From a virus, in the IMG/VR virus record IMGVR_UViG_3300045988_175547, positions 1 through 38,361 of that record: a stretch of 38,361 nucleotides of DNA; one strand, written 5' to 3'. The first letter of the stretch is position 1, and each line of letters opens with the position of its first letter. The position numbers and the translations under genes are program-made. Shown piece by piece: positions 6,967 through 14,315 of the stretch. The notes beneath the pieces were generated by a model that had not been told where the DNA came from, ran no database searches, and worked only from the letters and a program-made list of their open reading frames with translations.

Positions 6967-7821
6967 ATGGAGAGTGGCGAGATCGAGAGGCGCAGCTCGA
7001 TGTTCGACGAGTACGCGCACGAGGAGGGCGGGGTCGAGTTCTGGTATGCACGCGACCTCATGAAACCGCTGGGGTATGCGCAGTGGAGGAACTTCGAGGC
7101 CGCAATCAGGCGCACCATGGCTTCCATGGACTCGGCTGAAACCCCTGTTCAGGACCATTTTGCCGAGGTGCGCAAAATGGTTCGGCTCGGGTCTGGGGCG
7201 GAGCGTGAGGTGACCGACTACAAGCTGACGCGCTACGCTTGCTACCTCATCGCGATGAATGGCGACACGCGCAAGCAGGAGATAGCCTTCGCGCAGGCCT
7301 ACTTCGCCGTGCAGACGCGCAAACAGGAGGTTATAGAGCAGAAAATCGCCGAGATACAGCGCGTGCAGTCAAGGAGGGCGCTCGCTGAATCGGAGAAGCA
7401 GCTGTCCGCCATCGTGTACGAGCACGGCATGAGCGACCGTGGGTTCGGGATAATGAGGTCGCGTGGGGACGCCGCCCTGTTCGGCGGGCGCACGACGGCC
7501 GCCATGAAGGAACATCTCGGCGTGGCGAAGGGCAAGCCCTTGGCGGACAAGCTGGCCGATGTGGCAGTCAATGCGAAGGCGCTTGCGAACTCCATGACCT
7601 CATACAACGTCGAGGACAAGGACCTCCACGGGGACACGCCCATCATCAACGAGCACATCGGAAACAACCAGAGCGTCAGGAGCACGCTCGTCGAGCGCGG
7701 CATCTACCCGGAAAGCCTCCCGCCCGCAGAGGACACGAAGAAGCTCGAACGGCGCCTGAGGGCAGACGAGCGGAAGCTCAAGAAGGGGTCGCAGAGATTT
7801 GGCGACGCCTCAAACCCCTGA
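6967..7821 (+). CDS. dinD: DNA-damage-inducible protein D (DinD) family protein
   Basis: The product aligns by eye to E. coli DinD: WYARDLMKPLGY, HFAEVRKMVRLGSGAEREVTDYKLTRYACYLIAMNGDTRKQEIAFAQAYFAVQTRKQE. Confidence 0.8.
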   Translation: MESGEIERRSSMFDEYAHEEGGVEFWYARDLMKPLGYAQWRNFEAAIRRTMASMDSAETPVQDHFAEVRKMVRLGSGAEREVTDYKLTRYACYLIAMNGDTRKQEIAFAQAYFAVQTRKQEVIEQKIAEIQRVQSRRALAESEKQLSAIVYEHGMSDRGFGIMRSRGDAALFGGRTTAAMKEHLGVAKGKPLADKLADVAVNAKALANSMTSYNVEDKDLHGDTPIINEHIGNNQSVRSTLVERGIYPESLPPAEDTKKLERRLRADERKLKKGSQRFGDASNP

Positions 7822-7912
7822 TTGGCGGAAAGGCCCCGCGCATACGGGCGGCAACCCTGCGCGAGGCCATGCAAGTACCAACCGAATACGGAAGGCAAGG
7901 TGATTGTACATC

Positions 7913-9025
7913 ATGGCGGTCCGGAAGCTGAAGAGCGGCAAGTGGGCGGCCGACGTCACGGTCGGCGTCAGGTGGGACGGCTCGCGCGACAGGCGCGTCG
8001 AGACGTGCCAGACGAAGGGGCAGGCCCGCAAGGCGGAGACCCGCCTGCTCATGGAGAAGGAGCGCCTGCGCGGGCGCGTGACGGCGCGCATCACGCTGGC
8101 GGAGTTCGTCGACGAGGTGTACTGGCCGCAGAAGGCGGGGCTGCGCGCGAACACGAGGCAGGGCTACGAGCGCGACCTCAGGAGGCGCATCCTGCCCGCG
8201 CTGGGCAACATGGAGCTCGAGCAGATAAACAAGCTGAACATACAGCGCATGATATCGGGGTGCCCCACGCGAAAGACGGCGACCAACGCCCGCGAGACGC
8301 TGTCCTCGGTGCTGGGGTGCGCCGTCGAGATGGGCATGATTCCCGTGAACCCCGCGTCGTTCCGCTACACCTATCCCGGCGACGGCGCGGCCGACCCCGA
8401 GCGCGGCGGCGTGTGGCTCACCACCTTCGCCGAGCATATGCGCCTGCTGGGCCTCCTGCGCGAGACGCAGCCGGGCTCGTGCGTCGAGCGCATCTGCGTG
8501 ATCGGGCTGTGCGAGGGGCTGCGCAAGGGCGAGGTGCTCGCCCTGCGCTGGGAGGACGTCGACCTCGCGCGGCGCGAGCTCACGGTGCGCGGGACCTACA
8601 CCCAGGGCATCGGCGGCGCCCACGAGACCGACCCGAAGAACCGCAACGCCCGGCGCACCATCCCGCTGCGCGCCTACGCGGCGGAGCGCATGGCGGCGTG
8701 GGGGCCAGGCGAGGGGCCGATCGTCTCCGGGACGGGCGGCGGGCTGCTGAGCCCCGTCACGGCGGGGGAGCGCATGCGCCGCTTCACGGCGGGGAGCTAC
8801 CCCGACGGGGAGCCGCTGCCGCGCGTGACCATGGCGAGCCTGCGCCACAGCTTCGCGACGGCCTGCGTCAACGAGGGCATGGAGGTCTCGAAGCTGTCGC
8901 GCATCATGGGGCACGCGGACGTCAAGACCACGATGCGTTACTACGTGCGCCAGAAGCTCGGCGACCTCAAGGCGGCGGTCGATGCCATGGACGGTGCGCG
9001 CGATAAAACCGACAAGTCTTTATAA
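7913..9025 (+). CDS. int: Tyrosine site-specific integrase
   Basis: Catalytic-domain motifs are GLRKGEVLALRWEDVD, LRHSFATACV and GHADVKTTMRYY. The ORF-track start at 7904 is TTG; the ATG at 7913 gives the typical MAVRKLKSGKW start. Confidence 0.95.
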   Translation: MAVRKLKSGKWAADVTVGVRWDGSRDRRVETCQTKGQARKAETRLLMEKERLRGRVTARITLAEFVDEVYWPQKAGLRANTRQGYERDLRRRILPALGNMELEQINKLNIQRMISGCPTRKTATNARETLSSVLGCAVEMGMIPVNPASFRYTYPGDGAADPERGGVWLTTFAEHMRLLGLLRETQPGSCVERICVIGLCEGLRKGEVLALRWEDVDLARRELTVRGTYTQGIGGAHETDPKNRNARRTIPLRAYAAERMAAWGPGEGPIVSGTGGGLLSPVTAGERMRRFTAGSYPDGEPLPRVTMASLRHSFATACVNEGMEVSKLSRIMGHADVKTTMRYYVRQKLGDLKAAVDAMDGARDKTDKSL

Positions 9026-9030
9026 TTATG

Positions 9031-9058
9031 TTGCATTTTATTGGCAAGTGTTTATAAT
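9031..9058 (+). promoter_or_regulatory. Candidate sigma70-type promoter of hicAB
   Basis: TTGCAT (9031..9036), 16-nt spacer, TATAAT (9053..9058). It lies 22 nt upstream of the hicA GTG. TTTATAATT occurs twice (9019..9027, 9051..9059). Confidence 0.55.
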
Positions 9059-9079
9059 TTATAGGCGAAGGGAGGAACG

Positions 9080-9268
9080 GTGCCCACGGAACAGGAAGTC
9101 AGGCACGTGCTCAAGCGCCTGAAAAAGGAGGGATGGGAGCTCGAGAGCGGAAAGGGGAGCCACGTGGTCGCCAGGAAAGACGGCAAGATGGTGACGGTAC
9201 CCACTGCAAAGCGCGAGATACCCATCGGGACGTACAGGAACATAGCCAAGGGCGCGGGCTGGGAGTAG
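9080..9268 (+). CDS. hicA: HicA mRNA-interferase toxin
   Basis: 62 aa. LKKEGWELESGKGSHVVARKDGKMVTVPTAKREIPIGTYRNIAKGAG matches the HicA/YcfA pattern, including GSH. GTG start after a GGAGG RBS. Confidence 0.9.
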   Translation: MPTEQEVRHVLKRLKKEGWELESGKGSHVVARKDGKMVTVPTAKREIPIGTYRNIAKGAGWE

Positions 9269-9297
9269 GCCCGCCCCGAAAGGGGCATCGAACAGAT

Positions 9298-9747
9298 ATG
9301 GGAAAGTACATCTACCAGGTGCTGCTGACGCCCGAGGAAGATGGCGGGTACAGCGTCGAGGTCCCGGACCTGCCCGGGTGCTTCACCTACGGGGACACCT
9401 ACGAGGAGGCCGCGCTCATGGCGGCTGACGCGGCGCGGACCTATGTCGCGTCGCTCCTGAAGCACGGCGACGAGGTTCCCGCACCGACCGTGCGCGACGC
9501 GGGCGGCCAGACCCTCATGGTGTTCTTCGAGGCGGAGGAGAGCTACATCGTGGACGGCGAAACGGTCTCGGCCGCCAAGGCGTCCCGCATGCTCGGGGTG
9601 AGCGCCGGGCGCGTGACGCACATGCTCGACTCGGGCATCCTGGACGGGTTCCGCAGGGGTCGCAGGACGTACGTCTCCGTGAAGTCCATCGAGAAAAGGC
9701 TGGCATCCAACCCCGGCGCAGGGAGGCCCAAGGCGGCCGTCGCATAG
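9298..9747 (+). CDS. hicB: HicB antitoxin with C-terminal HTH
   Basis: YQVLLTPEEDGGYSVEVPDLPGCFTYGDTYEEAALMAADAARTYV is the HicB fold. The C-terminus VSAAKASRMLGVSAGRVTHMLDSGIL is an HTH. The ATG at 9298 is in frame with the longer 9133 ORF. Confidence 0.85.
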   Translation: MGKYIYQVLLTPEEDGGYSVEVPDLPGCFTYGDTYEEAALMAADAARTYVASLLKHGDEVPAPTVRDAGGQTLMVFFEAEESYIVDGETVSAAKASRMLGVSAGRVTHMLDSGILDGFRRGRRTYVSVKSIEKRLASNPGAGRPKAAVA

Positions 9748-9820
9748 CACGCAATCGGCCGTGTTTGGCAATCGATGGCAATCGTTTTAGACGTAACCGC
9801 AGGTAGACGGCTTGTCATGC

Positions 9821-9847
9821 TGGGGTCGAATCCCCAGCTCTCCGCCA
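9821..9847 (+). other. tRNA-like 3' end fragment (T-arm + acceptor strand + G + CCA); likely attP core, not a complete tRNA gene
   Basis: The sequence is TGGGG-TCGAAT-CCCCA, then GCTCTCC, G, CCA. Acceptor strand GCTCTCC with discriminator G is Ser-like. The T-loop is one nt shorter than the canonical TTCGAAT. No matching 5' acceptor strand (GGAGAGC) lies upstream. Confidence 0.5.
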
Positions 9848-9859
9848 GTCGAAATGATA

Positions 9860-9900
9860 CGTCCCCTGAGTTATCGCAGCTCAGGGGACGTTTTCTTTTT
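9860..9900 (+). terminator. Rho-independent terminator just after the tRNA-like CCA end
   Basis: An 11-bp stem pairs CGTCCCCTGAG (9860..9870) with CTCAGGGGACG (9880..9890) around a 9-nt loop. The tract TTTTCTTTTT follows. Confidence 0.85.
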
Positions 9901-9994
9901 ACTGTATCTTCCTGCCGCGCCCTGTAAAAATGGCAATTTTTGGCAAGAATGGCAAGAATTTGGCAATCGGGCCAGACCGTCCGGACACATAGAA

Positions 9995-10042
9995 AGCGCC
10001 CCTCCACCGCATCCCGGCGGCAGAGGGGCGCTGCGCGTTTTT
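9995..10042. terminator. GC-rich hairpin terminator (best on plus strand; convergent with the NYN gene)
   Basis: AGCGCCCCTC (9995..10004) pairs with GAGGGGCGCT (10023..10032), with an inner CCGC/GCGG pair. GCGCGTTTTT follows on the plus strand and TTCTATGTGT on the minus strand. Confidence 0.65.
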
Positions 10043-10137
10043 ACGGAAACGCAAAATAAGTGGTTGGAGGTTGTTAAACCATAGGTTGAGAGGATTGGGC
10101 TCGATGTCGGATTGCGGACGCTGATTTAACAAATGGC

Positions 10138-10794
10138 CTATTTCCTCTTCGCCGGGTTTTTCCACGGGGTGAACATACCGTCGACGTGTATACCGAGGTC
10201 GCTTCTGAACGGGTGCCACATCGGGTCAAGGATGAAGTCGACCCCGTTCCTGCGAGCGAACTTCGCGGCTGGGACAAAATCGCTGTCTCCGGTGATGAGG
10301 ACGATCTGGTCGGCGTAGCGATTCATCGCTATCAATGCGACATCGAGCCCTATGCGGACATCGACGCCCTTCTGCTGCACATCGAGAATGTAATCGCTGT
10401 CGTCGAGGCTGCCGACGTCCCGCTTCCCGCGAACGAGGTCTTTCGAGACCGAGCTTTTGAGCACGAACTCACCCGACGTCTCTAGCGTCTGCCCTTTTCG
10501 TATAGCCAGTTTCCGAATCTTCGCAAGCTCGTCGAAGAACGACGTCTTCCAGGCGTACTCAGGGGTTTTGGACTGGTCGAACGTCCTGTTGTGCAGCGGG
10601 TGGAAGACCTTCTTAGCGATCGGGTCGCAGTCGTAATAAAAGATGCGGTAGAGTTCGGCATTCTCATGGTTCGCATGGGCTCTGCAGTATCTAGCGAGCT
10701 CCGATGCCCTTTCTTTCGGGTCTAGCTCGCCTCGGAGGTTCTTTGCCCTCTTGAGGTAGAACCCGCCGTCAACCAGTACGGCCATCTTGTGCAT
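10138..10794 (-). CDS. NYN-domain (LabA/DUF88-like, PIN-fold) putative ribonuclease
   Basis: MAVLVDGGFY, QKGVDVRIGLDVA and IVLITGDSDFVPA carry the conserved acidic residues of NYN/PIN nucleases. A GGAGA RBS precedes the ATG. Confidence 0.8.
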   Translation of the reverse strand: MHKMAVLVDGGFYLKRAKNLRGELDPKERASELARYCRAHANHENAELYRIFYYDCDPIAKKVFHPLHNRTFDQSKTPEYAWKTSFFDELAKIRKLAIRKGQTLETSGEFVLKSSVSKDLVRGKRDVGSLDDSDYILDVQQKGVDVRIGLDVALIAMNRYADQIVLITGDSDFVPAAKFARRNGVDFILDPMWHPFRSDLGIHVDGMFTPWKNPAKRK

Positions 10795-10813
10795 CTAAGG
10801 TCTCCGTTCGCCT

Positions 10814-10875
10814 AAACAGTAAAATCCCCCTAGGCTCGGCTCTCTCAGAGATTAGAGGAGCGTACTGCTAGGGGG
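10814..10875 (-). promoter_or_regulatory. Leader hairpin plus U-tract between candidate promoter and the NYN start (attenuator or second terminator)
   Basis: CCCCCTAG (10826..10833) pairs with CTAGGGGG (10868..10875), with inner GCTC/GAGC and CTCT/AGAG pairs. On the minus strand the hairpin is followed by ATTTTACTGTTT, 20 nt before the ATG. Confidence 0.5.
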
Positions 10876-10927
10876 TAGAGGACGACAGGAGCAGGGATAC
10901 GAGGAGTATCTTTCTCTGTCTACCTGA

Positions 10928-10957
10928 ATCTTACCCTATCGGGCGATGAAGTGCCAA
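10928..10957 (-). promoter_or_regulatory. Candidate sigma70-type promoter for the NYN gene
   Basis: The minus strand reads TTGGCA (10957..10952), 18-nt spacer, TAAGAT (10933..10928). It lies downstream of the late-operon terminator. Confidence 0.45.
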
Positions 10958-11006
10958 GGGCGCGGTTCGGAAGATGGCTGTGCGATGTCGGATGTGCCCT
11001 GGATTT

Positions 11007-11040
11007 TGGCAATCGTGGCAGACCGCCCGGATACGAAGAT
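11007..11040 (+). repeat. Imperfect direct repeat of 9961..9994 (27/34 identical, ungapped)
   Basis: TGGCAATCGTGGCAGACCGCCCGGATACGAAGAT compares with TGGCAATCGGGCCAGACCGTCCGGACACATAGAA. The two copies flank the NYN gene cassette. Confidence 0.75.
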
Positions 11041-11046
11041 GCTTGG

Positions 11047-11079
11047 AAATATAAAAATTCTCCCAGCCGAAGCGGGGAG
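11047..11079 (-). terminator. Rho-independent terminator ending the late (lysis) operon
   Basis: The minus strand reads CTCCCCGC-TTCG-GCTGGGAG, a UUCG tetraloop hairpin at 11079..11060, followed by AATTTTTATATTT. It starts 8 nt after the endolysin stop. Confidence 0.85.
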
Positions 11080-11086
11080 GAGATCG

Positions 11087-11965
11087 CTACACGGTGTGGT
11101 TGCTCGCGAGGTGCAGCGCGTGGATGCAGCCGTCGGTATCCTTGCCGAGGATGCCGTCCTGCTCGATGCCGAAGCCGGCCTGGATGCGCTTGACCATGGC
11201 GTCGTGCGCGGCCTTGGACCTGATGCCCCAGATGCCGTCCGGCGTGGTGCCGATGACCTTCTGGGTGTACTTGATCCCGTAAGGGAACTGCGTGCCGTGG
11301 TACATGCTCGCCATCTGGATCGCACCGACGCGCGCGCCTGTGTCGGGTCCCCAGATGTTGTCCGCCGTCGCGCCGACGATTCGCTGGAGCCATCGGCAGT
11401 CGGCGTACTTGGAGGCCGTGCCGGACGGCGCGCTCGGCTTGGCTGCAGGGGCGCTACCGCCCTTGGCCATGGCGTCGTACCACTCCTGTGCGCGCTTCAT
11501 GTACGCGTCCTTCTGGGAGGACTGCAGCGAGGCCGGGCAGGCGGTCGAGCTGAAATGGCTGTGGGGGAAGACGTTCTTTCCCCACTGGGGGCGGCCGAGG
11601 CCGTAGGCGAGGCAGAGCGCCGCCACGAGGTGCGCGCCGGACTCGAGGCACTTATCGGAGATGCGCCACGGGCTGGAGCTGATGTCGGCGTGCTCGATGT
11701 TGATCGAGCGGCAGTTCGCGTCGAAGTCGCCGAGCGCCCATGCGGTATCGCAGTCGTGCACGAGCTGGCCGATGATGCCGTCGCTCTGCACCTGGTAGTG
11801 CGCGGACGCCTGGCGGGACTGCCAGACGTTCCAGCAGCCCTGCACGGTCAAGTTGCCGGCGTTGTGGTGGATGCCGATGTACTGGATCTTGCGTCCGCGG
11901 CGGCCCGGCGTGTAGTGCTTGGAGAGCCACTTGTCGACGTCGGCGTGTAATCCCTTGAAGTCCAT
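11087..11965 (-). CDS. Endolysin: N-acetylmuramoyl-L-alanine amidase (Amidase_2/PGRP) + two PG_binding_1 repeats
   Basis: Amidase motifs are IGIHHNAG, AHYQV, NCRSINIEH and HSHFSSTACP. C-terminal repeats GATADNIWGPDTGARV and GTTPDGIWGIRS...QDGILGKDT are present. The ATG at 11965 is preceded by a GAGGAGG RBS. Confidence 0.9.
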   Translation of the reverse strand: MDFKGLHADVDKWLSKHYTPGRRGRKIQYIGIHHNAGNLTVQGCWNVWQSRQASAHYQVQSDGIIGQLVHDCDTAWALGDFDANCRSINIEHADISSSPWRISDKCLESGAHLVAALCLAYGLGRPQWGKNVFPHSHFSSTACPASLQSSQKDAYMKRAQEWYDAMAKGGSAPAAKPSAPSGTASKYADCRWLQRIVGATADNIWGPDTGARVGAIQMASMYHGTQFPYGIKYTQKVIGTTPDGIWGIRSKAAHDAMVKRIQAGFGIEQDGILGKDTDGCIHALHLASNHTV

Positions 11966-11966
11966 G

Positions 11967-12065
11967 CTAGTCCTCCTCACCCTTGCATCCATCCAGGTGC
12001 CCGAGCGTCTCCTCGCTCAGGCTCTCGCCGGTCTCGTCGACCGGCAGCGTCTTCTCTTCGCTCAT
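11967..12065 (-). CDS. Small acidic ORF (32 aa) between holin and endolysin
   Basis: Hand translation gives MSEEKTLPVDETGESLSEETLGHLDGCKGEED. The ATG directly follows the holin stop and the stop precedes the lysin ATG by 1 nt. Confidence 0.35.
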   Translation of the reverse strand: MSEEKTLPVDETGESLSEETLGHLDGCKGEED

Positions 12066-12302
12066 CTATTCCTCCTTCGTGGTCGATGCGAGCGGGCTCT
12101 TGCCGCCCGCCACCTCCGGCAGGCCCGCCACGGAGGTGAGCAGGCTCACCACTGCGGCGACGCCGGACACGCTCGCGATCTGCAGCCAGTCGAGGTCGGT
12201 GAAGCCGACCGCGCCGGTGCCGATGAGCGAGACGGCCGTCTGCGCCGCCGTCTTCACCGCTCGCGTGAGGGCCGCGACGGCCCAGTCCCTGTACTCGTCC
12301 AT
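12066..12302 (-). CDS. Holin (two hydrophobic segments)
   Basis: 78 aa, with TM-like segments AAQTAVSLIGTGAVGF and IASVSGVAAVVSLLTSVAGL and a charged C-terminus. The gene lies immediately upstream of the endolysin. Confidence 0.7.
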   Translation of the reverse strand: MDEYRDWAVAALTRAVKTAAQTAVSLIGTGAVGFTDLDWLQIASVSGVAAVVSLLTSVAGLPEVAGGKSPLASTTKEE

Positions 12303-12319
12303 GTGAAAGCTTCCTTTCC

Positions 12320-12622
12320 CTAATCGGTCCCGCCCGTGTGGAACCGTGCGTCACAGTTGTCCTCGACCCGCTCCACCCGCGCCGCCAGCGCCTGCACCTG
12401 CTGCTCGACGCGGGTCAGCCGCTCTGAGTGGTCGTCGAGCTTCCTGCTCATCTCGCGCACCGCGTCGCGGGTGTCGCTGCACGTCTCCCAGATGCGGTCG
12501 AGCCGTTCGCTCATGCGCGTCTTGTCGCTCACCTGATCCCTCATGGCCGTGAGCCGCCCGAAAAGGAAGGTGGCCACAGCGATGGAGACGCTTACCGCGG
12601 CCGTGATCTCGCCAGGTGTCAT
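12320..12622 (-). CDS. Membrane-anchored coiled-coil protein of the lysis cassette
   Basis: An N-terminal TM segment (ITAAVSVSIAVATFLFG) is followed by a coiled coil. The ATG at 12622 overlaps the upstream stop (ATGA). Confidence 0.6.
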   Translation of the reverse strand: MTPGEITAAVSVSIAVATFLFGRLTAMRDQVSDKTRMSERLDRIWETCSDTRDAVREMSRKLDDHSERLTRVEQQVQALAARVERVEDNCDARFHTGGTD

Positions 12623-13452
12623 ACCGTACACGCCCTCACCTTCCCGTCAGGCCCGTACGCGCTCGGCACGCACCTGCGGCCCGCGCCATCCGAGTCGTAC
12701 GCGGTCACCGCGCCGACCCTCGCCGCGCCGGTCCCGTCGTACACGGTCACCGGCGGGCAGACGCGCACCGTCACGGTCGCGCACGCCTCCGGGTAGGTCC
12801 CGTACCACTCGTGCACGCTCTTGACGGTGATGTCCAGGTCGCCGCCGCCCGGCGCGTAGTCGCTCGGGACGATCGACAGGGTCTCGCTGCGGTTGCTCGT
12901 GTGGTCGGTCGCGCCTTTCGCGGCGAGCTTGCCGCCGCACCAGATCTCGAAGTGGTCCATCTGCGCCTTGCTGGCGCCGCTCGAGTCCGTGACCGTCAGC
13001 GACACGGGCTCTCCGGGCAGGACCGCGGCCTTGTCCGCCACGGCGCTCACGGCATGGACCGGTGAGGTCATGCGCGGGATCGTCACGGAGGCGTCGAGCC
13101 TGCCGTGATACTTCACCGGGTTGGAGTCGCTGTACCGGCACCACACGGCGAGCGTCGTGTCCTTCCCCCAGGCGCGCGGCACGGTCACGGTGCGCTTGAG
13201 GCCCCCGCTCGGGACCTTGGTCGTCGTCGACCATCTGGGATGCGTCTTGCTCTCGCCGTTGATGCCGGATGCCCCTAGCACGGTGCCGTTCCCGACCCAC
13301 AGGTCGAATCCCCACGCGTCCACGATGTCCGACCACGAGTAGCCGGTGAGGCTCACCGTGGCCTGCATGTCGTTGGCGTTCGTCACGGTGGCGTCCAGGC
13401 TGCACACGGTTCTTCCCGTGCGCTGGCACACCCCGCCTTCCCAATGAGCCAT
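12619..13452 (-). CDS. Tail fiber/receptor-binding-associated structural protein (hypothetical)
   Basis: 277-aa beta-rich sequence downstream of the tail fiber gene. The overlapping Arg-rich ORF (12647..13459) was rejected. Confidence 0.6.
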   Translation of the reverse strand: MAHWEGGVCQRTGRTVCSLDATVTNANDMQATVSLTGYSWSDIVDAWGFDLWVGNGTVLGASGINGESKTHPRWSTTTKVPSGGLKRTVTVPRAWGKDTTLAVWCRYSDSNPVKYHGRLDASVTIPRMTSPVHAVSAVADKAAVLPGEPVSLTVTDSSGASKAQMDHFEIWCGGKLAAKGATDHTSNRSETLSIVPSDYAPGGGDLDITVKSVHEWYGTYPEACATVTVRVCPPVTVYDGTGAARVGAVTAYDSDGAGRRCVPSAYGPDGKVRACTV

Positions 13453-13462
13453 GGCGCACCCC

Positions 13463-14305
13463 CTAGAGCATCTTGATGTAGACCGAGCCGGGAGCGCCCG
13501 TCTCCGGCGCGTCGGCCTCGCCGACGGTCACGCCGAGCGCGGCGAGCGCTTCCGCCGCCGTGGCCGCCCCGGTGCCGCCGTTGGCGATTGGCAGCGCGCC
13601 GGTCGTGTCTCCGAGACCGAGCGCATTGCGCGCGCCCGCAGCCGTCGCGGCACCCGTGCCGCCGTTGGAGATTGACAGCACCCCGCTCGTAATGTCAGAC
13701 GCGTCGTGCTTGTGGCCGATGGATGCGAAAGCCGCCTTGAGCTTCGTCCAGAGGTACGTGAGGCCCGTGAGCGAGAGGACGGAATCGCCCTGCTCGCTCG
13801 CGCCGCCCACGATGCTATCGATCTGGTCCGTGGTGATGTTGGAGAACTCGGCGGTCGTGATGCCCATTTTCTCCCATGCAGAACCGACCCACATCCACTC
13901 GACGTACTTGTTATCGTCTGCGGACTTCATCGGCACGAAGTACGTTCGGTTCGGTTCGCCCGTGATGGTCGGCCTATGGGTGGCCGCGTCGTACTGGCCC
14001 GCGTTCAGGACTACCGGGCTAAGCTTCTTGATCGCCTCGTTGTTGAGGGCCTGGTCGGCGTTGTTCTTCGCCTGGTCGGTCGCGCGCTGCGTCTCGGCCG
14101 CGATGCGCTCGTTCTCAGCGCTCGCGCGGGCCGATTCCGCAGCCGCCCTCGATTCCTCCGCAGCCACGCGCTCTGATTCAGCGGCCTTGCGTTCCGCCTC
14201 GGCTTGGCCGTCGGCGCCCGCGATGCCGTAGACCACGCCGTCTACCACGACTGCGTAGACCTGGCCCGCGACGTCCTTCAAGAATTTAGCTGGTGTATTA
14301 GCCAT
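13463..14305 (-). CDS. Tail fiber protein (coiled-coil stalk, duplicated NGGTGAATA motif)
   Basis: MANTPAKF starts at 14305 after an AGGAGG RBS. Features are an Ala/Glu-rich coiled coil and repeated ISNGGTGAATAAGARNALGLG / IANGGTGAATAAEALAALG, typical of phage fibers. Confidence 0.7.
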   Translation of the reverse strand: MANTPAKFLKDVAGQVYAVVVDGVVYGIAGADGQAEAERKAAESERVAAEESRAAAESARASAENERIAAETQRATDQAKNNADQALNNEAIKKLSPVVLNAGQYDAATHRPTITGEPNRTYFVPMKSADDNKYVEWMWVGSAWEKMGITTAEFSNITTDQIDSIVGGASEQGDSVLSLTGLTYLWTKLKAAFASIGHKHDASDITSGVLSISNGGTGAATAAGARNALGLGDTTGALPIANGGTGAATAAEALAALGVTVGEADAPETGAPGSVYIKML

Positions 14306-14315
14306 GCATGACCTC

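Larger units (their letters stand above)
9751..9975 (+). other. attP region: tRNA-like core flanked by TGGCAA iterons (candidate integrase arm sites)
   Basis: TGGCAA(T/G) motifs, all in the same orientation, lie at 9766, 9776 (P side) and 9931, 9941, 9950, 9961 (P' side). They bracket the tRNA-like fragment. The region lies directly downstream of int-hicAB. Confidence 0.6.

Noticed and set aside
9133-9297. Long form of hicB starting inside hicA
   Set aside because: The first 55 codons are Arg/Gly/Glu-rich and overlap hicA out of frame. The HicB fold begins at the ATG at 9298, just after the hicA stop.
9748-9847. Complete tRNA gene
   Set aside because: Only a T-arm, acceptor 3' strand and CCA are recognisable. 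No 5' acceptor strand (GGAGAGC), D-arm or anticodon arm could be traced upstream, and the T-loop is one nt short. It is treated as an attP core fragment.
12647-13459. 270-aa minus-strand ORF overlapping the 277-aa ORF 12619..13452
   Set aside because: Its product is Arg/Gly/His-rich (MRHGSLGRRGVPAHGKNRVQPGRHRDERQRH...), which is implausible. The other frame has balanced composition, a GGGGGTG RBS and fits the operon spacing.
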